Source: Heteronotia binoei (taxonomy: Eukaryota). Taken from it: a stretch of 64,000 nt of DNA. The notes beneath the pieces are model-generated. The model saw only the letters and a list, made by a program, of their open reading frames with translations, was not told the origin of the DNA and did no database searches. Positions 10,787 to 23,921 of the stretch are shown here, piece by piece; positions within the stretch are counted from its first letter, which is position 1; each line of letters opens with the position of its first letter. Where the stretch lies: NCBI RefSeq assembly GCF_032191835.1, contig NC_083237.1:10788001-10852000 (forward strand), read 5' to 3'. The translations under genes and the position numbers were made by a program.

Positions 10787-12299
10787 CTGAAAGAATAAGA
10801 AAGAAAGAGGGGTCATCCCAGTGTCCATTCACATGTAACTTAGCACCAGCTTCTAATACTCGTCTTCCAGGGGAGCACTGAGGGAGTACTTTAAGCTTAC
10901 TCCTCAAAGCTGGTTCCTTATAAGGAGATGGCCATCTGAAGATGCAGATTTATATTCATTCACTGTTTCATGTTGTTGTTATTATTGTTTGTTGCTGTCA
11001 GGGGTGGAATTCTAGCAGGAGCTCCTTTGCATATTAAGCCACGTACCACAGATGTAGCCAATCCTCCAACAGATTACAACTATCTTTTTTTTTGTAAGCT
11101 CATGGAGGATTGGCTACATTAGGGGTGTGTGGCCTAATACACAAAGGAGCTCCTGCTAGAATTCCCCCCCCAGTTGTTTTTCTTACAAGCAAATGTCCTG
11201 TAAAATTCTATTTCCCTCCTCCCCTGAAGGTTCCTGGACCTACTATGTGTGACACATCTAGGTGACCAGTGCTTGAAAGAAGGATATGAGGGGGGCAGTC
11301 CTGGTAGGTGAGGTCTTCAGTGGCAAAAGAGAGCTGAAAGCTGTTCCACATTCTGCCAGTGTTAATCTGCCATTGAAGTCACCATCATCCTTGCTCCATT
11401 GTACATTCTTCCCTCCCTGAGTGCCCTGATTTCATCCTGCTTCCTCAGGCTCCCCATTTCCTTCTCCATTCTACAGACTGCTCAGTTGACTATACACCCA
11501 TGGTTACTGCAAGACATCATTCATTCATTCACTAATTTGCTTATTCATTAATTCATTGAAGTAGCACCAGCAGTTTGTTAGGCAATGCAAGACACCAAGT
11601 GGAGGTTTTTTCCATGACCAAATCAAGACTACATTCTGCCACACGTTTAGGATAAGATATAATTTGAGACAGACAGGGCAGTCTTGAAGTGAATTGGTGA
11701 ACAGGCAGTAAATAAAAACATTTAGACTCAGAAGTACTGTCAAGTCTGTCTAAAACTCTGGCTCAACCATTGAGCATTCTGGGTAAAAACCAAAGTATAA
11801 CCAAATGCTGCTAGCACACCCTCTCCCTACCCCCCTTCTTTCCTGTAGAGAGTATACTTGCTTTGAAATGGAAATATGGGAAAGTCTTATCTGTGCCTTC
11901 TCAGCCCTGGCTCACGGAAGGGAGGCAGGAGCCTAAAGTGATCAAGTCCATGCAGGCCTAATCAACATTAGAACAACTCTGTAACATCTATGTGTGAATG
12001 TTCCTGCATAGTCCCCCCTCCTAAGGAATCCATTTGAAGTATTCCTTATATGCAATGTATCTACAGTATGTTCTTTAGTCTTTTCAAACCTTGGCTCAGG
12101 CCACAAGTATCAGTATCAATAAAGTAGCTTCTTTGTATCAACAACGACTCATTGAATCTGCCGACTTGACAAGTACTCCTTCCACATACTGCTGATCCTG
12201 AGCAGAAGTTGCCACTCCTATAGGCAGGATGGAAGAGATGGTGGCCTTTGGTGTTAGTTATATAAAAGGGTAACCATGCATCTACCTAAATGGCTGGAT

Positions 12300-15200
12300 C
12301 TACCATGCATCTACTTAAATGGCTGGAACAAGCAGGAGCTGTACAAAAGAGACGGTCTCCACTTGTCCCCAGATGGATCCAGGCTGCTGGCGCTTAAAAT
12401 CAAAAAGGTGGCAGAGCAGTTTTTAACTAAATCTTGGGGGGAAACCGACAGGAGATGAAATGTCTCTGGTTCGGGAGGACTCATCTCAAAGAGATGAAAG
12501 GTTGGCTGCTATTTTTCTACCGGGTAACGGATCAGAGTTGTCCACTGTGATGGTGACAAACAGTAGGGACTGTCTGCCAGAGTCTCAAGGCGGCAGGAGG
12601 AAGGTGGCGGGCTTAGCTTGCCTGGGAAATTATAGATGTTTGTATGCAAATGCTAAAAAGTGTTCAAAGTAAAATTGGTGAATTGGAATGTTTAGTGTTG
12701 GGAGAAAACATAGACATTGTGGGAATTTCAGAAACTTGGTGGAATGAGGAGAATCAGTGGGACACGGTGATTCTTGTATATAAGTTATATCGGAAGGGTA
12801 GGGAGGGAAGGGTTGCAGGTGCGGTGGCTCTGTATATCAGAGAGGATATACGGTCCAGTAAGACTGAGGTCAGAGAATTAGATTCCCTTTTAGAAATGCT
12901 TTGGGTTGAAATAGAGGACCCAAAAGGAAACTTAACTATGGGAGTTTGTTATCGCCCAAAAGAGAGAGGACGATTATAATATGATGGAAGGCTTAAAGAT
13001 AGCGGCTAAACGTAAAAACTGTGTCATAATAGGTGATTTTAACTACCTGCAGATTGATTGGGTCAATATCTGTTCTGGTCGAGAGAAACAGATTGAGTTT
13101 CTTGATGCTCTCAATGACTGTGCTATGGAGCAGATGGTCTCAGAATCTACCAGGGGTGGGGCGATCCTGGATTTGGTCCTAAGTAATGCCCAAGACTTGG
13201 TGAGAGATGTAAAAATGATTGCGCCACTTGGGAGCAGTGACCATAATGTTATTGATTTCAACGTTTGTATAAATAGGAAGTTGCCCAAAAAGACCGCCAC
13301 AACCACGTTTAACTTTAAAAGGAGTAAATTCACTGAGATGAGGAGGCATGTGAGGAGGAAACTGAAAGGAAAGATAAATATGGTCAAAACCCTTGGGGAA
13401 GCTTGGAGACTATTTAAAACTATAATCCTCGAAGCTCAGATAAAATACATACCACAAGTTAGGAAAGGCACTAACAGGCATAAGAAAAGGCCTGCATGGT
13501 TAACAAACAAAGTAATGGAAGCTGTAAAAGGTAAGAAGGACTCCTTTAAGTGGTGGAAAACCAGTCCAAGTGAGATTAGTAAAAGGGAACACAGGCTGTG
13601 GCAAATCAAATGCAAGACTGTTATCAGGCAGACAAAAAGGGACTATGAGGAGCATATTGCAAAAAACATAAAGACCAACAATAAAAATTTATTCAAATAT
13701 ATTAGAAGTAGGAAACCAGCCAGGGAGGCAGTGGGGCCCTTGGATGACCATGGAGTAAAAGGATTACTGAAGGAGGATAGGAAATGGCTGAGAAGCTGAA
13801 TGAATTTTTTCCCTCCGTTTTCACTGTGAAAAATGAGAACTTTTTGCCCGCCCGAGAACCACTAATTTTGGAAGGGGTGTTGAAAGACCTGAGTCAGATT
13901 GAGGTGACAAAAGAAGAGGTCCTACAACTGACAGACAAATTAAAAACTAATAAGTCACCAGGTCCGGATGGCACACATCTGAGAGTTCTGAAAGAACTCA
14001 AAGTTGAACTTGTGGATCTTCTAACAAAAATCTGTAATCTTTCATTGAAATCTGCCTCCGTTCCTGAGGACTGGAAGGTAGCAAGTGTCACCCCCATCTT
14101 TAAAAAGGGTTCCATAGGAGATCCGGGAAACTACAGGCCAGTCAGTCTGACTTCAATACGGGGAAAGTTGGTAGAAAGCATTATCAAGGACAGAATGAGT
14201 AGGCACATTGATGAACACAGGTTATTGAGGAAGACTCAGCATGGGCTCTGTAAGGGAAGATCTTGCCTCACTATCCTGTTACATTTCTTTGAGGGGGTGA
14301 AAAAACATGTGGACAAAGGAGACCCAATAGATGTTGTTTACCTTGACTTCTAGAAAGCTTTTAATAAAGTTCCTCATCAAAGGCTCCTTAGAAAACTTGA
14401 GAGTCAAGGAGTAAAAGGACAGGTCCTCTTGTGGATCAAAAACTGGCTGAGTAATAGGAAGCAGAGAGTGAGTATAAATGGGCAGTCTTCGCATTGGAGG
14501 ACGGTAAGCAGTGGGGTGCCGCAGGGCTCAGTACTGGGTCCCATGCTCTTTAACTTGTTCATAAATGATTTAGAGTTGGGAGTGAGCAGTGAAGTGGCCA
14601 AGTTTGCGGATGACACTAAATTGTTCAGGGTGGTGAGAACCAGAGAGGATTGTGAGGAACTCCAAAGGGATGTGTTGAGGCTGGGTGAGTGGGCTTCAAC
14701 GTGGCAGATGCGGTTCAGTGTGGCCAAGTGCAAAGTAATGCACATTGGGGCCAAGAATCCCAGCTACAAATACAAGTTGATGGGGTGTGAACTGGCAGAG
14801 ACTGACCAAGAGAGAGATCTTGGGGTCGTGGTAGATAACTCACTGAAAATGTCAAGACAGTGTGCGTTTGCAATAAAAAAGGCCAATGCCATGCTGGGAA
14901 TTATTAGGAAGGGGATTGAAAACAAATCAGCCCGTATCATAATGCCCCTGTATAAATCGATGGTGCGGTCTCATTTGGAGTACTGTGTGCAGTTCTGGTC
15001 GCCACACCTCAAAAAGGATATTATAGCATTGGAGAAAGTCCAGAAAAGGGCAACTAGAATGATTAAAGGGCTGGAACACTTTCCCTATGAAGAAAGGTTG
15101 AAACGCTTGGGACTCTTTAGCTTGGAGAAATGTCAACTGCGGGGAGACATGATAGAGGTTTACAAGATAATGCATGGGATGGAGAAAGTAGAGAAAGAAG

Positions 15201-15502
15201 TACTTTTCTCCCTTTCTCACAATACAAGAACTCATGGGCATTCGATGAAATTGCTGAGCAGACAGGTTAAAACGGATAAAAGGAAGTACTTCTTCACCCA
15301 AAGGGTGATTAACATGTGGAATTCACTGCCACAGGAGGTGGTGGCGGCCACAAGCATAGCCACCTTCAAGAGGGGTTTAGATAAAAATATGGAGCAGAGG
15401 TCCATCAGTGGCTATATAAAAAAAAATTGCCACTGTGTGACACAGAGTGTTGGACTGGATGGGCCACTGGCCTGATCTAACATGGCTTCCCTTATGTTCT
15501 TA
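12300..15502 (+). mobile_element. CR1 LINE, 5'-truncated in ORF1; ORF2 endonuclease and RT broken by frameshifts and stops; in V2R intron 5
   Basis: ORF1 esterase-like end (RDGLHLS), endonuclease (IVGISETWW, IIGDFN, ILDLVL, GSSDHN), RT (KSPGPDG, NYRPVSLTS, GVPQGSVLGP, KFADD), C-terminus (LERVQ-like EKVQKRATRMI), then one 67-bp tail unit. Confidence 0.95.
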
Positions 15503-15542
15503 TCTGAATCAATGTAGAATGCTTATGCACTCTGTTACCTAC

Positions 15543-15669
15543 CCACATGGTTTGAAATCTTTCCTTGTGGACATGGAGCACAATCGTAGCAGCAGAATTT
15601 CTTCCCTTCTTTCTTCTTCTTGTGATAGCCAGGCGGGCAGTAATCATTGCACAAGGAAAGGGGCACCCC
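15543..15669 (-). CDS. V2R gene B exon 5 (cysteine-rich domain); not in the supplied ORF track
   Basis: Read by hand: [43 protein letters not shown]|GTAGGT. 127 bp, phase-compatible with exons 4 and 6. The acceptor position is the least certain point. Confidence 0.88.
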
Positions 15670-16403
15670 CTGCTCCACTCAAAAGACAGAAAGTTTGGGT
15701 AGAAGTAAATAGGTTCTTGCTCATTAATTGATAGGGAAATAAACAACTAGACAGCTGCATTAGAAAAATAGAAGATTTATTGCACCTTGCAAGTCCTTCT
15801 CTCATCTCAGCTGACCATATTTTTGCATGCTGTTGTCTGGTTGAACAATAGTGCATGGAAGAAAAGAAACTTACTTCATCCCCCCCTGCTCCAACCTATA
15901 GCATAAACTGTATCTGGCTTTGCCATAAAAAAAGATGTTCTTTTTTAAAAAATGTATCCAAAGTAGGTGACTTGCAAAGAGGGCATCTGATCTCCCCTCC
16001 ACCATAACTTCTTCCTTTGAAAGCATCCTCAGCCTTTCTCGTTTTCCTGCCTCCTACTTCCCTTTTCAATCTACCTTTATCTTCCTCCATCATGGTTTGT
16101 AGTTTTCCCTCCTTCCCTGTTTCCTTTGCAGCTGTCCAAGTTGTTACAGTGCCAACCACTGGACCCAATCCAGTAGTATGGCGAGGATATCCAAAGGACT
16201 TGCAGACAGCACGTATAATCCCTGGTATCACCGTTCCCACACTATTTCCTTTTTTACCTCCCTCTGGCAAGCCCTATTCCCTCACCTTTTCCTGCTTCCA
16301 TTTCTCTTTCTGACCCACAAACTATTTCTATCTGCTCTCCTTCAGCTATATGTATTATTTATTTACTTCATATATGCTTCACTCCCCCCGCCACCCCACT
16401 CCC

Positions 16404-17795
16404 TGACTGGGAATCCAAAGCACCTAGCATCATTCTTCTCTTTGTCATTAAATGTCTACGAGTTCTCATATCGTGAGAAAGGAAGAAAATACTTCTTTCT
16501 CAACCTTCTCTGTCCCATGTATAATCTTGTAGACCTCTATCATGTCACCCCTCAGTCATTGTTTCTCCAAGCTAAAGAGCCCCAAGCATTTAACCCTTTT
16601 CCATAGGGAAAGTGTTCCAACCCTTTAATCATTATAGATGCCCTTTTCTGCACCTTTTCCAATGCTATAGTATCTTTTTTGAGGTGCAGTGACCAGAATT
16701 GTACACAATATTCCAAACGAGGCCGCACCATCGATTTATTCAGGGGCATTATGATACTGGCTGATTTGTTTTCAATTCCCTTCCTTCTCATTCCCAGTAC
16801 GGCACTGGCCTTTATAATTGCAATCACAAACTGTCTTGACATTTTCAGTGAGTTATCTACCATGAACCCAAGATCTCTCACTTGGTCAGTCTCTGCCAGT
16901 TCACACCCCACCAACTTCTATTTATAGTTAGGATTTTTGGCCCCAGTGTGCATTCCTTTGCACTTGGCCATATTGAACCTCATTTGCCATGTTGACGCCC
17001 ACTCACCCAGCCGCGACAGATCCCTTTGGAGTGCCACACAATCCTCTCTGGTTCTCACCACTCTGAACAATTTAGTCTCACCTGCAAACTTAGCCACTTC
17101 ACTGCTTACTCCCAACTCCAAATAATTAATGAACAAATTAAAAAGCATCATACCCAATACTGAGTCCTGCGGCACCCCACTGCTTACCATCATCCACTGA
17201 AAAAATTGCCCACATATACTCACTCTCTGTTTCCTATCAATTAGACATTTTTGATCCACAAGAGGACTTGTGCTTTTACCTCATGACTCTCGAGCTTACT
17301 AAGGAGCCTTTGATGAGGAACTTTATCAAAAGCTTTCTGAAAGTCAACGTAAGCAACATCAATTGGATCCCCTTTGTCCATATGTTTGTTCACTCCCTCA
17401 AAGAACTCCAACAAGTTAATGAGACAAGATCTTCCCTTACAGATCCCAGATTCTGAGTCTTCCTCAATAACTTCTGTTCATCAATGTGCCTGCTAATTCT
17501 CAGTTTGATAATGGTTTCCACCAACTTTCCTGGTATTGAAGTCAGACTGACTGGCCTGTAATTTCCCGGATCGCCTCTGGAAGCCTTTTAAAAGATGGGA
17601 GTGACATTTGCTACCTTCCAGTCCTCAGGAACTGATGCAGATTTCAATGAAAGATTACATATTTTTTGTCAGGAGATCCACAATTTCACCTTTGAGTTCT
17701 TTTAGAACTCTTGGATGTATGCCATCTGGGCCTGGAGACTTATCACTTTTTAATTTGTCTAACAATTGTAGGACCTCCTATCTCAATACCTCAAT
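16404..17795 (-). mobile_element. CR1 LINE RT fragment, inverted relative to the 12300-15502 copy; in V2R intron 4
   Basis: Minus-strand translations give GVPQDSVLG, KFAGETKLF, RPRLEYCVQFWS and EKVQKRA; colinear with about 13880-15290. Confidence 0.92.
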
Positions 17796-18182
17796 CTGAC
17801 TCAGGTCAGATTTGGGAGTTATACCCGTCAATGCTTGGGGATTTTTTTGGGGGGTGGGGATGGGGACATAACTGGGATGTTTCTCAGGTTTGCAGAAAAT
17901 TTCCTCCTGTCTGTTTACTTTTCGAATTTTCATGTTTATGTGTCCACAGAACTTGCCGCATTGAAGATTATAGCTATTGATGATATGAGAGTGAGAAGGA
18001 GAGATATTCTGAAGTTTAATAATGTTAGAACTCTTCTTAGATTTTGTATCCCAGAATTTTTAATGATACACAATAGAATCAAAGGAAGACAGGGTCCAGA
18101 TATGGAGCAAAGAAAACTTTCAGAGCCCACATCACCCATATGAAGATTGGAGTTTCCCACCAAAATACACTTTAAACCATAC

Positions 18183-18410
18183 TTGGCTCATATTCCTTGG
18201 CCATGAAATCATTTCCTTTTGAATGATGAATTCTTGTCCTACAAGAGCATTGGGATTCACTCTTCCAACTTTCACTCTAAGAAAGGACTTGTTTGGGAAG
18301 GTGATGAAGTTTGTTATGTCAAATCCAGTTCCCATTTCTCTCTTTGCATTAAAAGACATGGCTTCTCCTTCTGAGTTATTAAACACAATGCCTTGAAGGA
18401 CTGGATGGAG
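18183..18410 (-). CDS. V2R gene B exon 4
   Basis: CAG acceptor; LHPVLQGIVFNNSEGE...GFDITNFITFPNKSFLRVKVGRV...WPRNMSQ|GTATGG; 228 bp. Confidence 0.92.
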
Positions 18411-18616
18411 CTGGTTGAAACCAAGAGGAAGAATAAAGTCGTTTATAACTATTTCTATTCAGGCAGATCATTTTAAAGGAAATTCTTTTCTCCTTAATCC
18501 CCCTCCCCCCAATGCCAACATACATCTGGTTAACGGTGGTTCAGAATAGACCAAACTAGGTATTATCTCCGATCCATTGATGGAAACAGGTTTAAAAAAA
18601 ATGGTGGAGAGATTAC

Positions 18617-19480
18617 CTGCCAAGGTTGTAGATCTGGAAACTCAATAATTTTCCTACCCGGAATTGCTCTGTAGATGGATCTGGATGAGTACACAGCATA
18701 CAATGCATGTGCCACAGCATAGACTGCATTATAGATGCTGTAACTATGACCACTCATGTCCATTTCAAAAACTGCCCTTGGGAGATTCACTAGCTTCTCC
18801 TCCCCAGTGCATGCATCCGGGATCTTCATTCCCTTCTGGGGACTCTGAAGAGTGCAATCAAAGGCTTGTTCCCAAAAGGTCTCTAGAAAACAATCTACTT
18901 TTTCCCACTTAGGGTTTACATTCTGAAGAAATGTCTGAAATCCAGCTACTTCATTTGAGTGAGCTGAGAAGGAAATTGCACCATCAAAGTATTGGAAGTC
19001 CCAGTGCTTTTGACTGCCTACTAATGCAAAATCAACCTGGCCTGTCAGAATCCACACCTTTCTGTAGGAGGCATTTTCTTTATATCCAGGATCTCCTAGG
19101 AGCATACCAGTGATAAATATCAGAAGGGTTCTTGATTCTCCATAGAAAATATATGCATTGGCTTTGCTTTCTGTGAAACGCCGATATAAAGTTGATAATA
19201 ACTCATTAACATCAAATATTTTGTTCACTCCAATAGTGTTTGGACATCTTTCAGTGAAGTCTGAACAGATTCCATGTTTGGAAAGCAGTGGCTCCAGGAC
19301 TTTCAAGAAATGTTCTCCATTGTCATTATCCACAGCAAACAGCCCGACCCACATCCAGCCAAAATGCTGAAGCAACCAGATAATCCCCATGTACTGAAGT
19401 TCATCATTTGATACCATGCGGTAAAAGGAATGGAACAGTTTTGTATCCTTCTCCTCTGGGGGAAATGAACCATACGTGAG
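18617..19480 (-). CDS. V2R gene B exon 3
   Basis: TTTTAG acceptor, then LTYGSF...FYRMVSNDELQYMGIIWLLQHFGWMWVGL...DLQPWQ|GTAATC; 864 bp open frame. Confidence 0.93.
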
Positions 19481-20739
19481 CTAAAAGGAAAGTTCAGATA
19501 TTCTACAATTAATTGTGTGGGGTGTTGGCACGCTTGATCCTCTTCGTACAATGAATAGTTGTTGGAAGTAGTTGATGACTTCATCAACAATTGAGTTTCA
19601 CTGAGTGGAAATTCTAGCTGGAAACAAAGTGCTCTTTTGACCACTGCCACCCTCTTGCATCAAGTGAAGATACAAGATAACAACATATGCAACAAAACTA
19701 ATTACATTAAAATGGCAAGTCTGTAACATGAATCTATTTCATGAACGTTGAAGAACAGGTTATATTAAGAAAGTCAATTCCAGCTTGGAGAAACCTTGGA
19801 GATTTTGAAGAGGAGTTTGTTGAAGGATTGGGATGAGGACCAAAGCAGGATCAGCAGGAATGTGATGCTGTAGAGAACTCAAGGCCTCACCTGGAGGCAA
19901 GGAACCTAAACTGTAACAAAGGCACTTCATTGTCAGCATCTGGGACAACTTCATCATGGTTCCTGATATGGCTGGAATGACCACAAGCTTTGTTTATTCC
20001 AGCCTGAAACTCAAATCTCTGCTGAGAAGTGTTATACCACATCCCAACTACCCCATGCCATTCAAGAAAACAAAGGTAGAGGTGATGCTAGTCAGAACCA
20101 AGAGTGTCCCGTCCAGAACCCATTTTGTCAATCCAGCTAAAGATTGACAGAATGGGTTCTCTCTCTTCTTCAGCAAAATTAAAAAAAAAAATAACAAAAG
20201 AAATGTGAAATGAGTGTTCCTTCCGGAACCCATTTTGTCAATCCAGCTAATGATTTAGAAACAGCCCTTTATGCATTGATGAGTCACAGTGTTCTGCAAT
20301 TATCCCTACTTGAGTTCTACCCATTACCCAGTCAGGTCCTGCAATTCCTATTTATGGCCTAACCAGTTGTCGAACTGGGACAGGAGTCCCAACCTCTTTG
20401 AGACTGTGGGCACAACATGAATTCTCTTCCATTGTCGGGACAACTGCTCAGTTCACTAGTGATTTCTCATGGCTCATCTGAAGCAGGGAATTTGGCTTCA
20501 CTAAATTCATTAATGAACCTATCAGAAATAGCAATGGGAAAGAAATATCCTAGAAGGACCTATCCTAACTCCGACTTCCTGATACTTCTTGGCTGTCTGA
20601 TGTAACCTTCCTTTTTTTGGTACTTTTGCAAATCACACAAACTTGATTTTGTTGTTTGTTATAACTCCTCTTCATCACCAGAATTAAAAAAAATAACAAA
20701 AGAAATGTGAAATTAAACACCACACAGTATACTTCCTAC

Positions 20740-21031
20740 CTGTGGAATCTTATAAAGACCAAAGATGTCTGCCATTTGAAAGGAGGTATCAGAGGAAAGT
20801 CCACCAATGACAGCCATCAGGTTTTTATGAGTGTCACACATATAATTGGGGAAGCTTCGATGTATCTTGAAGATAAGGTCAAAAGAGCTGCGATAGGTCA
20901 CTCTTGCATCATAATAGCTGTCGGAGATGTGGACACCAAGTGTGATATTGGGTAAGATCTGGGTATTCGCATTGACCTCACTAATAGCGAATTCCAAGGC
21001 CAGGACATGCTGGTACAACTTAGTCACAACA
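20740..21031 (-). CDS. V2R gene B exon 2
   Basis: CAG acceptor; VVTKLYQHVLALEFAISEVNANTQILPNITLG...YKIPQ; GTAGGA donor; 292 bp, in phase with exon 1. Confidence 0.93.
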
Positions 21032-21414
21032 CTGTGGATAGACAAGGGTTATTTTATAAGATAATTCTGTAATGCACCACATTTTATCATACTATTGATC
21101 ATTTTGTCTCTGACATTTTGTCTCAATAAAAGGCTATTTTAAATATTTTACTGATTTTTTTCTAAGATATTAAACATTCCTTTATTTACATGAAATAACA
21201 TTTGGCTTATCTAGAATGTACTGATCTATGAATTTCTTTAGGAAATAAAAATAGGAGAAACTGTCTTTTCCCACCTCAAAGCAGTGAACCATAAAAGAAT
21301 GGAAGAAGCTAAACTGGTGGGAAAGAAGACCTCGGAAAAGCAGAACAGAAAACAGGTGCATGCAAACATTCTACAACAAAGGAAGCAGTTTTGCTAAAGG
21401 ACTCTTATTTCTAA

Positions 21415-21567
21415 GAGCCAGTTTGGTGTAGTGGTTAAGTGTGCGAACTCTTATCTGGGAGAACCGGATTTGATTCCCTACTCTTCCACTTGCACCTGCT
21501 AGCATGGCCTTGGGTCAGCCGTAGCTCTGGCAGAGGTTGTCCTTGAAAGGGCAGTTGCTGTGAGAGC
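21415..21567 (+). mobile_element. Squam3-like SINE, paralogous to 3143-3420, 3' half deleted
   Basis: Same 5' flank as 3143; jumps from GTGAGAGC directly to AATTTTCAAG. Confidence 0.75.
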
Positions 21568-22041
21568 AATTTTCAAGACAAGAGACGTTCAGAGGGGGTT
21601 TGCTATCGCCTGCTTCCATGTTGTGACTCTGGTGTGCCTTGGTGGTCTCCTATCCAAACACTCATCAGGGCCCACCCTGCTTAGCTTCCAAGGTCTGACA
21701 AGAAAGGGCTAACTTGGGCTATCCAGGTAATGGTCATCAACAAAATGATAATCCAGATTTAATGCTTACAAACTATAGGTACTGAAAGAATCGTTTCCCA
21801 CAATATTGTGCTCATACCATTTTGGTTGTCACTAACAGATTCCTATTTAGACTTTGCATTCCTGGCTTCAATTGCTAGAAATAAGGTCTCAAAAGTGCAT
21901 TTGTCTAGAACGTTGAATACATTTTGCCTGCATTTCTTTTCACTACAGGGCAACATCACATAACAGAATATTTCTTACTTTTCCAGCTCAGATATTTTTG
22001 AGAAGTATTATTTTCTGGTTTTGCAATACTGTCTGGTGTAA

Positions 22042-22350
22042 TAAGAGCCCCGTGGTGCAGAGTGGTAAAGCTGTAGTACTGCAGTCGGAGCCCTCTGCTC
22101 ACAACGTGAGTTCGATTCCAGCAGAAGCTGGTTCAGGTAGCTGGCTAGAGGTTGACTCAGCCTTACATCCTTCCGAGGTCAGTAAATTGTGTACCCAGCT
22201 TGCTTGTTGGAAAGTGTAGATGACTGGTGAAGAAAATGGTTTGCCGTGAAAACGCCGTAAAAAGGTTTGCCGTGAAAACGCTGTGAAAGCTGCGTCACCC
22301 CAGAGTCGGAAACGACTGGTGATTGCACAGGGGACCTTTCCTTTCCTTTT
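22042..22350 (+). mobile_element. Sauria SINE, paralogue of 4085-4388
   Basis: Same flanks within the duplicated segment. Confidence 0.8.
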
Positions 22351-23712
22351 CCTGGTGTAATGTATCATCTACACATTCTTTATATATTTCTCATTTTTAT
22401 ATTTACCTACATTTCTTAATATCTTTATGTAAAATGTACCATTTTTCTTTGAAATGCTAATCAATAGATCTTCCCTCCCCACCAGGGCTTTCAACTGCAT
22501 GTATTAATAAACTATGTTGACACACAGAGATAGTAGACAATACTTTTAACAGCTTTTCCAGTACATTAAGAAAGGTTTCCTTTTTAAAGACTAAAATAAT
22601 CTGATTTGTGGCTATTTAATGATATAAACCCGCACATTTCAAGTCACTGACATTTCAGAAAACATATCCTGCTTGCTTTTTGTGCAGCTTCTCAGCCTTT
22701 TGGCTAAGATCAAGTGTGTGTTTGGCAGCAATCTTTAGTCCTTATCTACGAGTCCAATTATTCTCAAATCCATCCAAAGATTAGACAGTCCTAGATCAAA
22801 GGCCTGCACAAATTATTTCCCTGGTAGGACCAGCATAAGTACTGTTTTTAATCTAAATTGCTTCCCACTTGGAAGCAAAATAGTATTTTTCAATATTGGA
22901 TATGACCATTTTGCCTTGTGGTCGAGATTTTTCTTTTATCCTTGTCTGAATGCCAAGTTTCTTATTTCTCCAGATAGACTTATTAAATAAAAAGAGTATG
23001 CGAGATAGCAAGGATTGGTTTACAAGTAATGAAAAAAACTATAAACACAAATACAATTCTAGATTTTTTTAAAAAAATAATTGTTTAGGTACCTACACTG
23101 TCTTGACCAAACTGGCTTTTGAACAATCTCCCCCACTCTTTTTCAGTGAGTTTGGATTTCCCTTAGTTACACCATTCAAGTGGTAGCAATGTATAGAAAT
23201 ATCACAGAAACTGTATGTGGTTTTGGTGCTTCTAAAATATTCTTTATAACCAATAAGGTTGCCAGCTTTCCCCCAACGAACGGTGAGGGATGGGGGGTTT
23301 GGTTAGCCAGATCCAAGCTGGAAATTTGGGGATGCAGACTGGGGAGGACAGGGATCACAGTAGGGTGCAAAGACAAAGAGTCCACCCTCCAAAGCATCTA
23401 TTTTCTCCAGGGAACTGATCACTGTAGTCATGGAGATGAGCCTTACTTGTGGGGGATTCCTAGGTTCCAACTGACAGCTGGCATCTTTCCTACCTGCCCT
23501 GTTCCTGCTTTCCAAAACAGAGATTCTGTTGTGGGAGCAGAAAGTCAGCATTCTTTGTAACAAACAATAGAGAACAATAGCCACAAATTGATTTGAAGGG
23601 TTGGGACGTATGTCTGGGAGCACTTTCTTCGAGCATCCTGCCTATTGTATATATCATTCACAGGTTTTGTAATCTGAGTTCATAGAAAGACCAAAGGGGT
23701 GTCATTCCTTAC

Positions 23713-23921
23713 TTGGGAACCTCAAACAAGTCCAGTGAAGGGTTTTTCCTGAAGTTCAGGTCACAAAACACATAGCCGATCTGAGAAACAATCCCACCAA
23801 GGAGGAAGTTCCCTGGCTGGTACAACTCATGGAGGTCAGGGAGGGCATCTCTCAGAGGGCACTTTTCTGATTTGCTGGTTGTCGCAGTCGGTAGAAATGG
23901 CATGATCATGAATGCTACCAT
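23713..23921 (-). CDS. V2R gene B exon 1 (signal peptide and start of Venus-flytrap domain)
   Basis: Translates MVAFMIMPFLPTATTS...HELYQPGNFLLGGIVSQ, typical of V2R exon 1. It ends CCC AA|GTAAGG (phase-2 donor, 209 bp). An in-frame upstream ATG at 23966 is an alternative start. Confidence 0.85.

Noticed and set aside
10787-10907. N-terminal extension of the 340-aa ORF ([10 protein letters not shown]...)
   Set aside because: This is intron 5 read in frame. V2R homology starts after the TTTCAG acceptor at 10786.
15896-16270. ORF with CPLC motif near V2R exon 5
   Set aside because: An isolated CxxC in purine-rich intronic sequence. The real exon 5 is at 15543-15669.
19303-19650. 115-aa ORF as an extra V2R exon
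   Set aside because: It overlaps exon 3 in the wrong frame. The TTTTAG acceptor at 19481 gives the correct V2R frame.
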